Positions 45,308-55,690 of a stretch of DNA of 64,000 nucleotides are shown here, piece by piece. This DNA comes from Planctomycetia bacterium (GTDB lineage: Bacteria > Planctomycetota > Planctomycetia > Pirellulales > UBA1268). The stretch is from assembly GCA_026401035.1 (NCBI GenBank), contig JAPLNR010000069.1, positions 66,063 to 130,062 of the forward strand, written 5' to 3'. The notes under the pieces are model-generated. The model had not been told where the DNA came from. It did no database searches and saw only the letters and a program-made list of their open reading frames with translations. How positions within the stretch are numbered: position 1 is the first letter of the stretch; each line of letters starts with the position of its first letter. The position numbers and the translations under genes were made by a program.

Positions 45308-47599
45308 ATGGACGCCATGTTTTCGACCGGTTGGACCGCCCGCATCAAGGCCCGTACGGCAGGCCGCCGCCGCTCTCGCCCTCTCGCCACGGAGCGGCTC
45401 GAGTCCCGCATGCTCATGGCCGCCGACGTCAGCGCGGCGCTCGCGGCGAATCGGTTCGTTTGGAACGGGGAGACCGTCACCGCCCGTGCCGACGCCTGGA
45501 TTGTCGGCACCAACACCGCGGCGGGGTCCATGGGCATCCGCACGGGCTGGCAGACGTCGTCGCTCGGCGAGGGATTCGTCTCGCTGATCGCGCCTGGGGC
45601 GTCGCCGACCGATATCCTCGGCTGGTCGCGGACCACCGCAGGCATCCGCTCCATCGAGCCCGACCGGGTGGTCACCGCGTCGGCGCTTCCCAACGATCCT
45701 TCCTTCAGCCGCCTGTGGGGGCTCAATAATACGGCCCAGACAGGCGGGCTTGCCAACGCCGACATCGATGCCCCGGCCGCGTGGGATGTCACCACCGGAT
45801 CGCGGTCGGTGGTCGTCGCCGTGATCGATACCGGCATCGACTACAACCACCCCGACCTGGCCGCGAACGTCTGGCGTAACCCCCGCGAGACGTCGGGCGA
45901 CGGCGTCGACAACGACGGCAACGGCTATATCGACGACGTCTACGGTTGGAACTTCGCCAACAACACTGCCAACGTGTTCGACGACAACTCGCACGGCACG
46001 CACGTGGCCGGCACCATCGGCGCGGTCGGCAACAATGGCTCCGGAATCACGGGAGTGAACTGGCAGGTCTCGATCATGGGGCTGAAGTTCCTCGACTCCA
46101 GCGGCAGCGGCACCACGAGCGCCGCGATCGCGGCGCTGAACTACGCCACCATGATGCGGCGGACCTACGGCGTGAACATCGTCGCCACGAACAACAGCTG
46201 GGGCGGTGGTGGCGCCTCGACGGCTCTCCGCGACGCGATCACGGCCGGTGGCAACGCGGGCATCCTCTGTATTGCCGCGGCGGGCAACGAAAGCTCCAAC
46301 AACGACTCCGTCGGCTCCTACCCCGCCAATTCCGTCGGCACATTCGGCCTCTCCGTGGCCGCCACCGACTCCTCGAACCGGCTCGCGTCGTTCTCGAACT
46401 ACGGCGCGACGACCGTGCAGGTGGCCGCCCCGGGGGTCGGCATCTACTCGACCACCCCCAACAACACCTACGCCAGCTACAGTGGCACGTCGATGGCCAC
46501 GCCGCACGTTGCCGGCCTCGTGGCGCTCATGGCGGCTGCCAACCCGCAGGCCACCGCCACGCAAATCCGTTCGACGATCCTCTCGACCGTGACGCCCGTC
46601 TCAGGCCTCGCCGGCAAGTGCTCCACCGGCGGCGTCATCAATGCCGCGGCCGCCGTGCAGGCAATCCGCGGCACGACCCCGGCGCCCCTCGCCGCGGACA
46701 TCGTGGACGTCACTCCCGATCCACGGACCACGTCAGTGGGTGCCGTCCTCGTGCGATTCGGCCAGGCCGTCACCGGGTTTGATGTGGCCGATCTGTCGCT
46801 CGTGCGGAGCGGCGTCGCCGTGCCGCTTGCCGGCGCGACCGTCACCACCGTCGACAACGTGACCTGGACAGTCGGCGGCCTCGATCGGCTGACGGCGACA
46901 GCAGGAACCTACTCGTTCACCCTGAACGCCACCGGCAGCGGCATCGTCTCGAGGGATGGCGGCGTGGCGCTTGCGGCGTCGGCGTCGGACTCGTGGAGCG
47001 TGCAGGCCGCGAGCCTCGTAGATGCCGGCGACACGATCGCCACCGCCGCGCTGGTGGGGATTACGACCGGGGCACTGCGTTTCTCGGGCCAGATCGGCGA
47101 CGGCTCAAATGGTTTGCGGGATGTCGACCTCTACCGGGTGACCCTGGCCGCGGGCCAGTCGCTCGTGATCGACATCGACGCCCAGTCGCTCGCCGGCTCG
47201 TCGACGCTCGACAGTTATCTGCGGATCTTCAACTCCGCAGGAAAGCAACTGGCGGCGAACGACGATGCGGCGGGCTCGCTCGACAGCTATCTCTCGGTGC
47301 GGGCCACGGTCGCGGGAACCTACTACGTGGGTGTCTCAGGTTACGGCAACTCGTCATACAACCCGAACCGGGCGGCCTCCGGAAATCGCGGCTCGACCGG
47401 CTCCTATCAGGTCAACTTCGCCTTCTCGTCGCTCGCGGCCGCTGCCGGCGTCACCCGCGTCGCCGGGTTCCGCGACACGGGGGCGACGGCAGCGGCCCAG
47501 GCGACCGCCGCAGCCTTCGCGATGTACGGTGCCAACTGGAACGCCGCCCTGCCTGCCGCCCCGGCCGGCCAGCGACAACTCCGCCGCCCGTCATGCTGA
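45308..47599 (+). CDS. secreted subtilisin-like (S8) serine protease with C-terminal pre-peptidase (PPC) domain
   Basis: Internal ATG of track ORF 45248..47599. Contains the catalytic blocks VAVIDTGID (Asp), HGTHVAGTIGA (His) and SGTSMATPHVAG (Ser). The PPC-like region is DVDLYRVTLAAGQSLVIDIDA...DSYLRIFNSAGKQLAANDD. The N-terminal ERLESRMLMAAD motif is common in planctomycete secreted proteins. Confidence 0.9.
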   Translation: MDAMFSTGWTARIKARTAGRRRSRPLATERLESRMLMAADVSAALAANRFVWNGETVTARADAWIVGTNTAAGSMGIRTGWQTSSLGEGFVSLIAPGASPTDILGWSRTTAGIRSIEPDRVVTASALPNDPSFSRLWGLNNTAQTGGLANADIDAPAAWDVTTGSRSVVVAVIDTGIDYNHPDLAANVWRNPRETSGDGVDNDGNGYIDDVYGWNFANNTANVFDDNSHGTHVAGTIGAVGNNGSGITGVNWQVSIMGLKFLDSSGSGTTSAAIAALNYATMMRRTYGVNIVATNNSWGGGGASTALRDAITAGGNAGILCIAAAGNESSNNDSVGSYPANSVGTFGLSVAATDSSNRLASFSNYGATTVQVAAPGVGIYSTTPNNTYASYSGTSMATPHVAGLVALMAAANPQATATQIRSTILSTVTPVSGLAGKCSTGGVINAAAAVQAIRGTTPAPLAADIVDVTPDPRTTSVGAVLVRFGQAVTGFDVADLSLVRSGVAVPLAGATVTTVDNVTWTVGGLDRLTATAGTYSFTLNATGSGIVSRDGGVALAASASDSWSVQAASLVDAGDTIATAALVGITTGALRFSGQIGDGSNGLRDVDLYRVTLAAGQSLVIDIDAQSLAGSSTLDSYLRIFNSAGKQLAANDDAAGSLDSYLSVRATVAGTYYVGVSGYGNSSYNPNRAASGNRGSTGSYQVNFAFSSLAAAAGVTRVAGFRDTGATAAAQATAAAFAMYGANWNAALPAAPAGQRQLRRPSC

Positions 47600-47617
47600 T
47601 CCGACTTCGATGCCTTC

Positions 47618-47800
47618 GTGAGCATGCTGGCTGAGACCCTCCGCACGCGGCCCATGCGTGTGTGCGGTTATTGTCTGATGCCCAATCACTGGCACATGTT
47701 GCTGTGGCCCGAGCATGATGGTGAGGTGTCATCATTTCTTCAGCACCTCACCAACCTCCACGTGAAGCGGTGGAAAGAGCATCATTCGGAGGTTGGCTTT
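47618..47800 (+). pseudogene. REP-associated tyrosine transposase (RAYT / IS200-like Y1) internal fragment
   Basis: …RPMRVCGYCLMPNHWHMLLWPEHDGEVSSFLQHLTNLHVKRWKEHH… matches the central block of RAYT / IS200-type proteins (CLMPNHxHLL). The N-terminal HUH region and the C-terminal Tyr region are missing. Confidence 0.65.
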
Positions 47801-47819
47801 TTGGGCAGTCCGGCCCACA

Positions 47820-48809
47820 TTAGGTGGCTGTCACCTTTTTTTCGGTTGCTTCCCAGACGGTGCAGGTGGGGATGTAGCCGAGTTCCCGCCGTGCGGCGCT
47901 GATGTCGAAATAGTGGTCGGTCGACATTTCTTCGGCCAAGAACCTGGTCAGCGGGGGATCCGAGGCGAGGCGGAAGGTTTTCCACGCCGTCTCGGCAATC
48001 GTCGCCAGCAACTGCGCAGTGGACGCCGAAATTCGCCGCCGCACCGGCGGCGCATCGTGGAGGGCCAATATCCTGCCGATCCATTCCCAGAGTGGAACGG
48101 GCGTGCCCTGGCTGATGAAAAAGGCCCGGCCACCGGCCGTTGGACGCTCGTCGAGGGCGGTGGCCGCCAGCACGTGGGCCGAGACACAGTCGTCGATGTA
48201 CGTCAGGTCGACGAGGTTTGTGCCATCGCCCACCTGCACGAGCCGGCCGGCGCGGGCCCGCTTCAGGATCGTCGGCACGAGATTGGTGTCGCCGGGACCG
48301 AAGATGAGGTGCGGTCGCAGGGCGATCGTCCGCAGTGCGCCGCCGTGGGCCGCGAGCACCGCCCGTTCCGCGGCCGCCTTCGTTTCCGGGTAGAGCGCCC
48401 GATACCGCGACGGATAGGGCACTGATTCGTCGACGCCCCGCAGGTCGTGATCCGTGGCGACGACGCTCGGCGAACTGGTGAATACGAGTTTCGCCACACC
48501 CGCCGCACGGCAGGCCGCGATCACGTTGTCCGTGGCCGTGATGTTGCCGCGGACGAACGCCTCACGCGGTCCCCACATTTTCACGTGCGCCGCCGTGTGA
48601 AAGACGCAGTCAACGCCGGTAAAGAGTCTGGCCAGATCAACCGCCGCCTCCGGCAGGGAAAGATCATGGATCACGATGCGGATGCCTTCGGCGGCCAGGC
48701 CCGGATTGGGCCGGCGGCCGAGGGCTGTCACGTCGTGGCCACGATCCCGCAGTCGCCGGCAGAGCGCACTGCCGACGAAACCGCCCCCGCCGGTGACGAG
48801 CGTTTTCAT
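47820..48809 (-). CDS. oleD: NAD(P)-dependent reductase of the 3-beta-HSD/epimerase family, OleD-like
   Basis: 329-aa ORF with the Rossmann motif MKTLVTGGGGFVGSAL and the YxxxK motif (YPETK). An ATGA overlap with the upstream oleBC gene lies at 48806-48809. Confidence 0.8.
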   Translation of the reverse strand: MKTLVTGGGGFVGSALCRRLRDRGHDVTALGRRPNPGLAAEGIRIVIHDLSLPEAAVDLARLFTGVDCVFHTAAHVKMWGPREAFVRGNITATDNVIAACRAAGVAKLVFTSSPSVVATDHDLRGVDESVPYPSRYRALYPETKAAAERAVLAAHGGALRTIALRPHLIFGPGDTNLVPTILKRARAGRLVQVGDGTNLVDLTYIDDCVSAHVLAATALDERPTAGGRAFFISQGTPVPLWEWIGRILALHDAPPVRRRISASTAQLLATIAETAWKTFRLASDPPLTRFLAEEMSTDHYFDISAARRELGYIPTCTVWEATEKKVTAT

Positions 48810-51562
48810 GCGTGGCCCGCTGCGGCCGGCTGCGGATCGTCGACCTCGATGGCCGCCTGGGTGGCCGCCCAGACCGCGAGCCGGTCGCGAAAGATCTTGG
48901 CGTTGTGCCGGGCATCGACCGGGAAGGAGTGGTGAAAATAAAATCGCTCGATCGACGCCGTGACGGGATCGGCGGCACCGATCGCCCGGAGTTCACCGGC
49001 AAGCCGGTGGCGGGCAGCCATGTCGAGCGACCGCGACCGCGGCTCGACGACGAGCGCCGCCGCGCCATCGACGCCGATCAGGGCCGTGCGGCTCACCTGC
49101 GGATGGCGGTTGAAGACGTTTTCCACGGGCACGCTGTGCAACACGCGGTCTGGCGTGGCCACCACGTGGGCGCGGCGGCCGCAGAAGTAGAGCTGGCCGC
49201 TGCCGTCGAGATAGCCCATGTCGCCCATGCGGTGCCACACGAGGCCGCCCTCACTCACCTTGCTGGCCGCGGTCGCCTCTGGTCTCGAGAGATACTCGCG
49301 GCTCACCGTGCCGCCGCTGACGACGATTTCGCCGATCACCCGCTCCGGGCAGTCGGCGAGCGGTGCGTCCGCCGGTCCGGCCACGGCATGGACGACGCGG
49401 AGCGACACGCCGTCGATGGCCCGACCAACGGGAGTGCCCTGCTCGCCGGACAACGCCAGCACGGGCGGATACTCGCGCAGGTCCGTCGCGGCCGCGAGCG
49501 TCACGGGCAGCGCTTCCGTGGCGCCGTACGGCGTGAAGCTCTCCGCCTGCGGGCAGGCGGCCTTCACGAGATCGAGCGTGTTCTGCGAGACCGGCGCGCC
49601 CGCCATAAACACCCGCCGCAGTTGCGGCAATGACGTGCCCGTCTGCCGGCAGTATTCGGCGAGCTTCGTCCAGAGCGTCGGCGAACCGAATGACGTCTGG
49701 TTGCCGAGGTCGCGCATCACGCGGATGATCTGCTTGGGCACGAGCGCAAGCGGGCGGCTCGGGTCGAGCGGCGGGAAGATGCTCCCCACGCCGAGGGCCG
49801 CGGTGAAGAGGCTGAAGACGGGTAGCAGCGGCAGATCCTGCTCGCCGCCGCGGAAGCCGAACTGGCCGCGAAACACGGCGAGCTGCTCCGTGAGCATGCG
49901 GTTGGTGAAGATCACGCCCTTCGGCCGGCCGGTGGCGCCCGACGTGAAGGCGACGAGGGCCGCGTCGTCGGCCTGCCGCAGAATCGGCGCCGGCGGCCCG
50001 CCCGCGGGCTTGAGCAGGTTGCGCAGCCGCGTCGCGCCAAACAGCGGTAACCTCCCGGCGACGACGCAGAATCGGAGCGAGCCAAACAATTCCGCGGCCT
50101 TGAGGCGGAGCAGATGGGCCTTGGGCACGCCGATGAATCCGCTCGGCTGGGCCTCCTGCATGCAGGCCACCACCGCATCGACGCCCATGCCCGGATCGAT
50201 GAACACGGGCACCGCACCGCGGCCCATCACGGCGTAGCTCAGCGCGAGAAAGTCGGCGCCCGGGGTCACGAGCATGATCACCCGCTCGGCAGCCCGCAGG
50301 CCGGCCGCTGCGAGGCCGTGCTCGTAGGCGTTGATGCGGGAAGTGAGCGCCGCAAAATCGATCGCGTCATACCGCGGCCGGTCACTCCAGCGGGGAAACG
50401 AGACCTTCGTCACCGCCGACACCCAGGGCGCCGCCGCGGCCGCCGTCTGCAGCGCCGCATAGAGACCGTTCGCCGGTGGCCGTGGTTCCGTGGCCGCGTC
50501 GTGCCGCACGGCGCTCGATTCGTGGTCTGAGCCGCTGCCCAAATTGCTGCCTGAAGCAAGTGAAGCTGGGGCCGGCGCACCGTCGGAGGCCGACATGAGC
50601 GGCCGCAGGAAATCATGCACCGCAGCGACCGACTGCTCGGCCGCGTCTTCGAGCACGAGATGCGAGGCCTCCGGAATCTGCACCACGTCGGCCTGCGGGA
50701 AGCGGGCGGCGACGTGGCGGAGGATCTCCGGATGAAAGCAGGGATCTTTCATTCCCCAGAGGATCTTCACCGGCTTGCCTGCGAGTGCCGGCAGCCGGGC
50801 CATCATGTCGTCCATCACGGCAGCCGTGGGATGGAAACGGGAAAACGGGATGTCACGGACGAAGCCCCAGATGGCCTGGCGGCCGGCATGGGTGCGGTAG
50901 GGGCGATGGTAGCCCTGCCTGATCTCCTCCGGCAGGGCGTGGACGACGCCGAACGACGTCAGCAGTTTCACGAACCGCATCGTGTGCTGCGTGAGCAGCC
51001 TGCCGATCAAGGGTGATGCAGCCCGCCTGATCATCCCGGGGAGCAGGGCCGTCTCCGCGAGGGTGGTGTTGAAATAGATCAGCCGCTCGACAGCGGCGGG
51101 GCGGCGCACCGCGAGACCCGTGCCGATCGGGCCGCCCCAGTCGTGCATCACCAGCGAAAAGCGGTCGACGCCCAGCTGGTCAAGGAGCTCCTCCAGATGG
51201 CCGATGCGGTTGGCCGCGCGGAAGAAGACGTCCGCGGGCTGGTCGGAAAGACCGCAGCCGACATGATCGGGCACGATCACCCGGAAGTCTTGCCGCAGGC
51301 TGGCGATCAGATTGCGGAATAGAAAACCCCAGGTGGGGTTGCCGTGCAGGCAGACGATGACGGGGCCGCTGCCCTCGTCGATGTAGTGCATGCGGTGGCC
51401 CGGCGATGCACCGGCGCCCGCGGCAGCGCCGCGTCCGACCGTGGCGAACCGCGATGGAAACGGATAGAGCGGCCCGAACGGGAACGGGGCCGGCTCGTGG
51501 TCGCGGCTTGGCAGGACGGGCTCGATGGCAGGGGCTCCGCTCGTGGCGTTCGTGGCGTTCAT
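48806..51562 (-). CDS. oleBC: fused alpha/beta-hydrolase (OleB-like) + AMP-dependent synthetase (OleC-like)
   Basis: 918-aa ORF. The N-terminal half is haloalkane-dehalogenase-like (HYIDEGSGPVIVCLHGNPTWGFLFR...VMHDWGGPIG). The C-terminal half is adenylate-forming (AFTSGATGRPKGV ... YGATE ...). Confidence 0.85.
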   Translation of the reverse strand: MNATNATSGAPAIEPVLPSRDHEPAPFPFGPLYPFPSRFATVGRGAAAGAGASPGHRMHYIDEGSGPVIVCLHGNPTWGFLFRNLIASLRQDFRVIVPDHVGCGLSDQPADVFFRAANRIGHLEELLDQLGVDRFSLVMHDWGGPIGTGLAVRRPAAVERLIYFNTTLAETALLPGMIRRAASPLIGRLLTQHTMRFVKLLTSFGVVHALPEEIRQGYHRPYRTHAGRQAIWGFVRDIPFSRFHPTAAVMDDMMARLPALAGKPVKILWGMKDPCFHPEILRHVAARFPQADVVQIPEASHLVLEDAAEQSVAAVHDFLRPLMSASDGAPAPASLASGSNLGSGSDHESSAVRHDAATEPRPPANGLYAALQTAAAAAPWVSAVTKVSFPRWSDRPRYDAIDFAALTSRINAYEHGLAAAGLRAAERVIMLVTPGADFLALSYAVMGRGAVPVFIDPGMGVDAVVACMQEAQPSGFIGVPKAHLLRLKAAELFGSLRFCVVAGRLPLFGATRLRNLLKPAGGPPAPILRQADDAALVAFTSGATGRPKGVIFTNRMLTEQLAVFRGQFGFRGGEQDLPLLPVFSLFTAALGVGSIFPPLDPSRPLALVPKQIIRVMRDLGNQTSFGSPTLWTKLAEYCRQTGTSLPQLRRVFMAGAPVSQNTLDLVKAACPQAESFTPYGATEALPVTLAAATDLREYPPVLALSGEQGTPVGRAIDGVSLRVVHAVAGPADAPLADCPERVIGEIVVSGGTVSREYLSRPEATAASKVSEGGLVWHRMGDMGYLDGSGQLYFCGRRAHVVATPDRVLHSVPVENVFNRHPQVSRTALIGVDGAAALVVEPRSRSLDMAARHRLAGELRAIGAADPVTASIERFYFHHSFPVDARHNAKIFRDRLAVWAATQAAIEVDDPQPAAAGHA

Positions 51563-51610
51563 AGCGTTCGTGGGGCGTTCAGGCGTTGGTGATTGGCCTG
51601 CTCCCAGCGG

Positions 51611-52672
51611 CTACCACTGAAACCCGAGAAACCGCGTATTGAGCCCGCTGCCAAACGCAGTGAGCAGCACCTTCTGTTCGGGCTGGATATTTTTCTCATC
51701 CGCGCCGATCGCCAAGGCCGCGGGCAGCGCAGCCGAGACCATGTTGCCGTAACGCTTGTAGATCGCAAAATCCTTGTCGAAGTCGAGACCCATCTCCCGA
51801 TAGAAGGCCTCGTTCACCTGCCGGCCGACCTGATGGCAGAAGACGTGATCGACCTGGTCCTTCGACCAGCCGAGCGACGCGGTGACATCGGGGAAGGCAC
51901 GGCCGCCGAGCTTCGCGGCCGCGATCATCAGCTGGGCAGCGTCGGAGGTCATGATCGGCGCGATCTCCTCCCCCTGGCCGACGCTGAAATCGCCATTGCC
52001 GATACAGAGCTGGTGGTGCTGCGATGCCGAACGGGCCACGCCGCCGACAAACTTGTGGCCGCTGGTCGCGATGCTCTCGTGGCAGAGCACGGCCGCCACG
52101 GCGCCGCAGCCGAGGGTCAGGGTGGGGAGCATCTGCAGGAGTTTGTCGCGGGTGATGCCGCGATCGCCGAGCAGTTGCTCGCAGGTGGTGTGCACCACCT
52201 TCGAGATGTTCTCGCCGGAACAGATGATTCCCGCCTGCACGGTGCCCGCCTCGATGAGATGAGCGAGCATGATCATGCCGTCGCTGAACCCGATGCAGGC
52301 GTTGGTGATGTCGAGCACCAGCGACTCCTCGGGGATGCCGAGATTGTGGTGCACGAGACAGGCGGTGGCCGGCTCGAAAAAATCCCGCGACACGGAGCAG
52401 TTGATCAGGGCGCCGATCTGGTCGGGGCGGAAGCCCGAGCGGTCGAGGGCCTCGCGGGCGGCCAGAGTGGCGACGGAGCTGGGAGTCACGTCCGTGGGCC
52501 ACATGCCCCGGGTGGTCACGCCGCTGACGCGTTCCAGGGTGCCCGCCGGAATCTTCAGCCGCTGATAGGCCGGCGCGATCCGTTCCTCGATCTCCGCAGA
52601 AGACAAGAGCGTGGTGGGGAAGTGCAGGCCGAACGACTCAACGCAGACATGCTCGAACCGAAACGAAATCAT
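51611..52672 (-). CDS. oleA: FabH-like thiolase, OleA-like (head-to-head Claisen condensation enzyme)
   Basis: Internal ATG of track ORF 51611..52783 (MISFRFEHVCVESFGLHFP...). The active-site Cys context is DITNACIGFSDG, and the C-terminus is ...LLTAFGSGLNTRFLGFQW. Confidence 0.8.
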   Translation of the reverse strand: MISFRFEHVCVESFGLHFPTTLLSSAEIEERIAPAYQRLKIPAGTLERVSGVTTRGMWPTDVTPSSVATLAAREALDRSGFRPDQIGALINCSVSRDFFEPATACLVHHNLGIPEESLVLDITNACIGFSDGMIMLAHLIEAGTVQAGIICSGENISKVVHTTCEQLLGDRGITRDKLLQMLPTLTLGCGAVAAVLCHESIATSGHKFVGGVARSASQHHQLCIGNGDFSVGQGEEIAPIMTSDAAQLMIAAAKLGGRAFPDVTASLGWSKDQVDHVFCHQVGRQVNEAFYREMGLDFDKDFAIYKRYGNMVSAALPAALAIGADEKNIQPEQKVLLTAFGSGLNTRFLGFQW

Positions 52673-52853
52673 CAAGTGCTCCTTCACTGACCCGGCTATC
52701 CAGCAACGCGCGGCCATCTGCCGCCGCAGGACACCGGCCGGCCGCGCCGCGTGGCACGCCCGGACTGAACAATAAGCCGACACTCCAAAGGATAAACGAT
52801 TCCGCCGCCGCTCAGGAGGTCGCGATGGTTTACCAGCGGGGAATTGCCGCCTG

Positions 52854-54065
52854 TCAGCCCGGAACGCCCGCCGGCTCGGCCGGTATTCCGTGGCGCACGG
52901 GGAATGCTGCAGCCGCCGTGGGAAAGGCCTGGAGTTGCCGCATGGTGGTCTTTCCGACGCAGATGTCGAGCATTCTGCCGAACCGCCGAAACACGCCCTC
53001 CTGCCGATAGGGGAGGTGATGCTCGAGGCACAGCGCCTTTACCCGCGGCTGGATCAGGCAATATTGCCGCATGGGGAGGTCGGGGAAGAGATGGTGCTCG
53101 ATCTGGTAGTTGAGCCAGATGCTCAGGTAATCGACGAGTTCCGGGCCGCACCGGTAGTTTGCCGAGCCCAGCACCGAGGTGACGTAAAACTCCTCCTTGC
53201 GACCGTAGTGGAAGCGGAACCGATAGAGATCGTCGGCCGTGTGATTGGGGCCGATCACGAGGAAGGCATGGGCGTTGGTGATCGCCTCGGCGAGCAGTTT
53301 ATTGATCAAGACCGCCACGGCCGCGCCCAGGCCGAGCGGCAGGAACAGCAGCGGCACGACCCCGAAATGCCATGTGGCATAGGGGGCGTAGCAATGCAGC
53401 CAGAGCCGCCGCACAGCCGGCCGCCGGAAGTCGAGCACGCTGCCCACCGTCAGCACGGCCGCCGACTCCTGCCGTGGTCGCCGGCCGCCACCGGGATGCA
53501 TGACGCTGAGCGAGTTGGGGGCGTAATAAACGATCTTCCAGGTGCAGGCCACGATCGCGACGAGAGCGTATTTAAAAAATACTGGAATCCGCATGCGGCG
53601 GAGGAACTCGAGATGCCGCTCCGCGACGTCGGGATCACCGTCCTCGCCGGTGTGGTAGTGATGAAGAATGTTGTGCTCGTAGTCCCAGGCTTCTGGCAGG
53701 AGCCAGTCGAACCAGTCGACATACCGCCGCCAGCCGCGGGCGAAGACCTGACTCGTGTAGCGGCGGGGAATGCCGGGAACGCGGTCGTATCCGCGGTGCA
53801 GGATGTGATGCGCGAGCAGCCAGCGCGTGAACTGCCCGAGGCTGAGCAGAAACGCGCTGAGTGGATTGGGAATCACCCAGGCCGTGGCATAGCCCAGAAG
53901 GGTGGCGGCGCGGCCATACCGTTCGATCCGCCGCAGGTGGGCGAAGTCGGCCGGTCCGATGCTCGCATGGGCCTCGGCCTTCAGCCGGTCGATGGCCGCG
54001 CAGAAGCCGGCGACGTCGATGCGGTCGAATTCTCCTGGCGTCGCTGTCTCGGAAGCGGGTGTCAT
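52854..54065 (-). CDS. membrane fatty-acid desaturase family protein
   Basis: Internal ATG of track ORF 52854..54110. Contains three histidine boxes: HHILHRGY, HNILHHYHTGE and QIEHHLFPDLP. Confidence 0.85.
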   Translation of the reverse strand: MTPASETATPGEFDRIDVAGFCAAIDRLKAEAHASIGPADFAHLRRIERYGRAATLLGYATAWVIPNPLSAFLLSLGQFTRWLLAHHILHRGYDRVPGIPRRYTSQVFARGWRRYVDWFDWLLPEAWDYEHNILHHYHTGEDGDPDVAERHLEFLRRMRIPVFFKYALVAIVACTWKIVYYAPNSLSVMHPGGGRRPRQESAAVLTVGSVLDFRRPAVRRLWLHCYAPYATWHFGVVPLLFLPLGLGAAVAVLINKLLAEAITNAHAFLVIGPNHTADDLYRFRFHYGRKEEFYVTSVLGSANYRCGPELVDYLSIWLNYQIEHHLFPDLPMRQYCLIQPRVKALCLEHHLPYRQEGVFRRFGRMLDICVGKTTMRQLQAFPTAAAAFPVRHGIPAEPAGVPG

Positions 54066-54188
54066 GGAGAGAAGGATAGCCGGGTCGGGGGCCGCTCGAC
54101 ATCCTCCCAACCGATAAGTCGCTGCCTGGCCGGTAGCGGGACCCAGGCGACGGCGTGGGCCCGCCGCCTTGGCAACGGTGCCGTCTGC

Positions 54189-55673
54189 TCAGGCGAGCAC
54201 CGGCTGGATGACGTGGCCGTGCACGTCGGTCAGGCGGCGTTCGATGCCGTTGTTGTAGAACGAGAGCCGGGTGTGATCGAGTCCGAGCAGATGCAGGATC
54301 GTGGCGTGGAGATCGTAGATCGTCGCCACGTTCTCCACGGCCTTGTAGCCGAAGTCGTCGGTCGCGCCATATGAGAATGCCCGCTTCACGCCGGCTCCGG
54401 CCAGCCAGACGGTGAAGCCTGAGGGATTGTGGTCGCGGCCGCTGGCCCCCTTCTGAAAGGTCGGCATCCGACCAAACTCCGTGACCAACGCCACGAGCGT
54501 GTCCGCGAGCAGGCCTCGGTCCTTCAAATCGCGGAGCAGGCCTGCCACCGGCTGATCGAGAATCGGCCCGTGCACGCCATACTGCTTCACGAGCGTCTTG
54601 TGGCCGTCCCAGTTGCCCACGCCCTCGCCCATCGCATAGGCGCCGTTAAAGAGCTGCACGAACCGCACGCCCTTCTCGATCAGCCGCCGGGCGAGGATGC
54701 AGTTGCGGGCGAATCGCGCCTTGGTCGAATTCTGGGTGTCGTCGGCGCCGTAGAGCTTGAGCGTTTCGGCCGACTCGTCGCCCAGGTCGGAGATCTTCGC
54801 GGCCGAGAGCTGCATCTTGGCCGCCAGTTCATAGGCGCTGATCCGTGCGGCGAGATCGGAGTCGCCCGGGTGGCGGGCGAGATGATCGTCGTTGAGCATC
54901 TTGATGAAGTCGCGGGTGGCGAGGTCGGCGTCTTCGGAAATGCTGCCCGGCCGAAAGAGGTTGGGAATCGGCCTGTCGGCATTGAACGGCGTGCCCTGGA
55001 AAACGGCCGGCAGGAAGGCCGACTGCCACTGCCGCGGGCCGATCTGCGGACCGCCGCGCGGATCGGGGATCGCTACGAAGGCGGGCAGGTCGCTGCACTC
55101 GCTGCCGAGCGCATAGGTCGCCCAGGCCCCCACGCTCGGAAAGCCGTCGAGCGTAAACCCCGTCGCCATCTGGTTCTCGGCCGGACCGTGTGTGTTGCTC
55201 TTGGCCGTCATCGAGTGGATGAAGCACATGTCGTCGGCCATCTCGCCGAGCAGCGGCAGGAGGTCGCTCGTCATCTTGCCGCTCTCGCCGCGCGGCTTAA
55301 AATCCCACTGCGGCTTGATCAGGTTGCCCTGCTCGCCCTGAAACGTGATCAGCTTTTCGCCACCCTCGATCGGCATGGGCGTGTCGTGCCGCTTGATGAG
55401 CTCCGGCTTGTAGTCGAATGAATCGACGTGGGAGAGCGCGCCCGAGCAGAAGATGAGCAGCACATTTTTTGCCTTGGGCGTGAAGTGCGGCTTTCGCGCC
55501 GCGTAGGGCTGCGATGGATCGATGAGCGGGCGGATCGGTGGCTCGGCGCCGAGCAGCCTCTGTTCGTGAAGGAGCGTAGCCAGCGCGATGCTGCCGAGGC
55601 CCGTGCCGCCAAGCTGGAGGAATCCGCGGCGGTCGAGCATCCTGCGGCCGGCATTGGAGAGGTCATGTTGCAT
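54189..55673 (-). CDS. DUF1501 domain protein (sulfatase-fold, TAT signal)
   Basis: 494-aa ORF containing [34 protein letters not shown] and the C-terminal ...[17 protein letters not shown]. Confidence 0.9.
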   Translation of the reverse strand: MQHDLSNAGRRMLDRRGFLQLGGTGLGSIALATLLHEQRLLGAEPPIRPLIDPSQPYAARKPHFTPKAKNVLLIFCSGALSHVDSFDYKPELIKRHDTPMPIEGGEKLITFQGEQGNLIKPQWDFKPRGESGKMTSDLLPLLGEMADDMCFIHSMTAKSNTHGPAENQMATGFTLDGFPSVGAWATYALGSECSDLPAFVAIPDPRGGPQIGPRQWQSAFLPAVFQGTPFNADRPIPNLFRPGSISEDADLATRDFIKMLNDDHLARHPGDSDLAARISAYELAAKMQLSAAKISDLGDESAETLKLYGADDTQNSTKARFARNCILARRLIEKGVRFVQLFNGAYAMGEGVGNWDGHKTLVKQYGVHGPILDQPVAGLLRDLKDRGLLADTLVALVTEFGRMPTFQKGASGRDHNPSGFTVWLAGAGVKRAFSYGATDDFGYKAVENVATIYDLHATILHLLGLDHTRLSFYNNGIERRLTDVHGHVIQPVLA

Positions 55674-55690
55674 GGATTCGCTCCTCCGGA

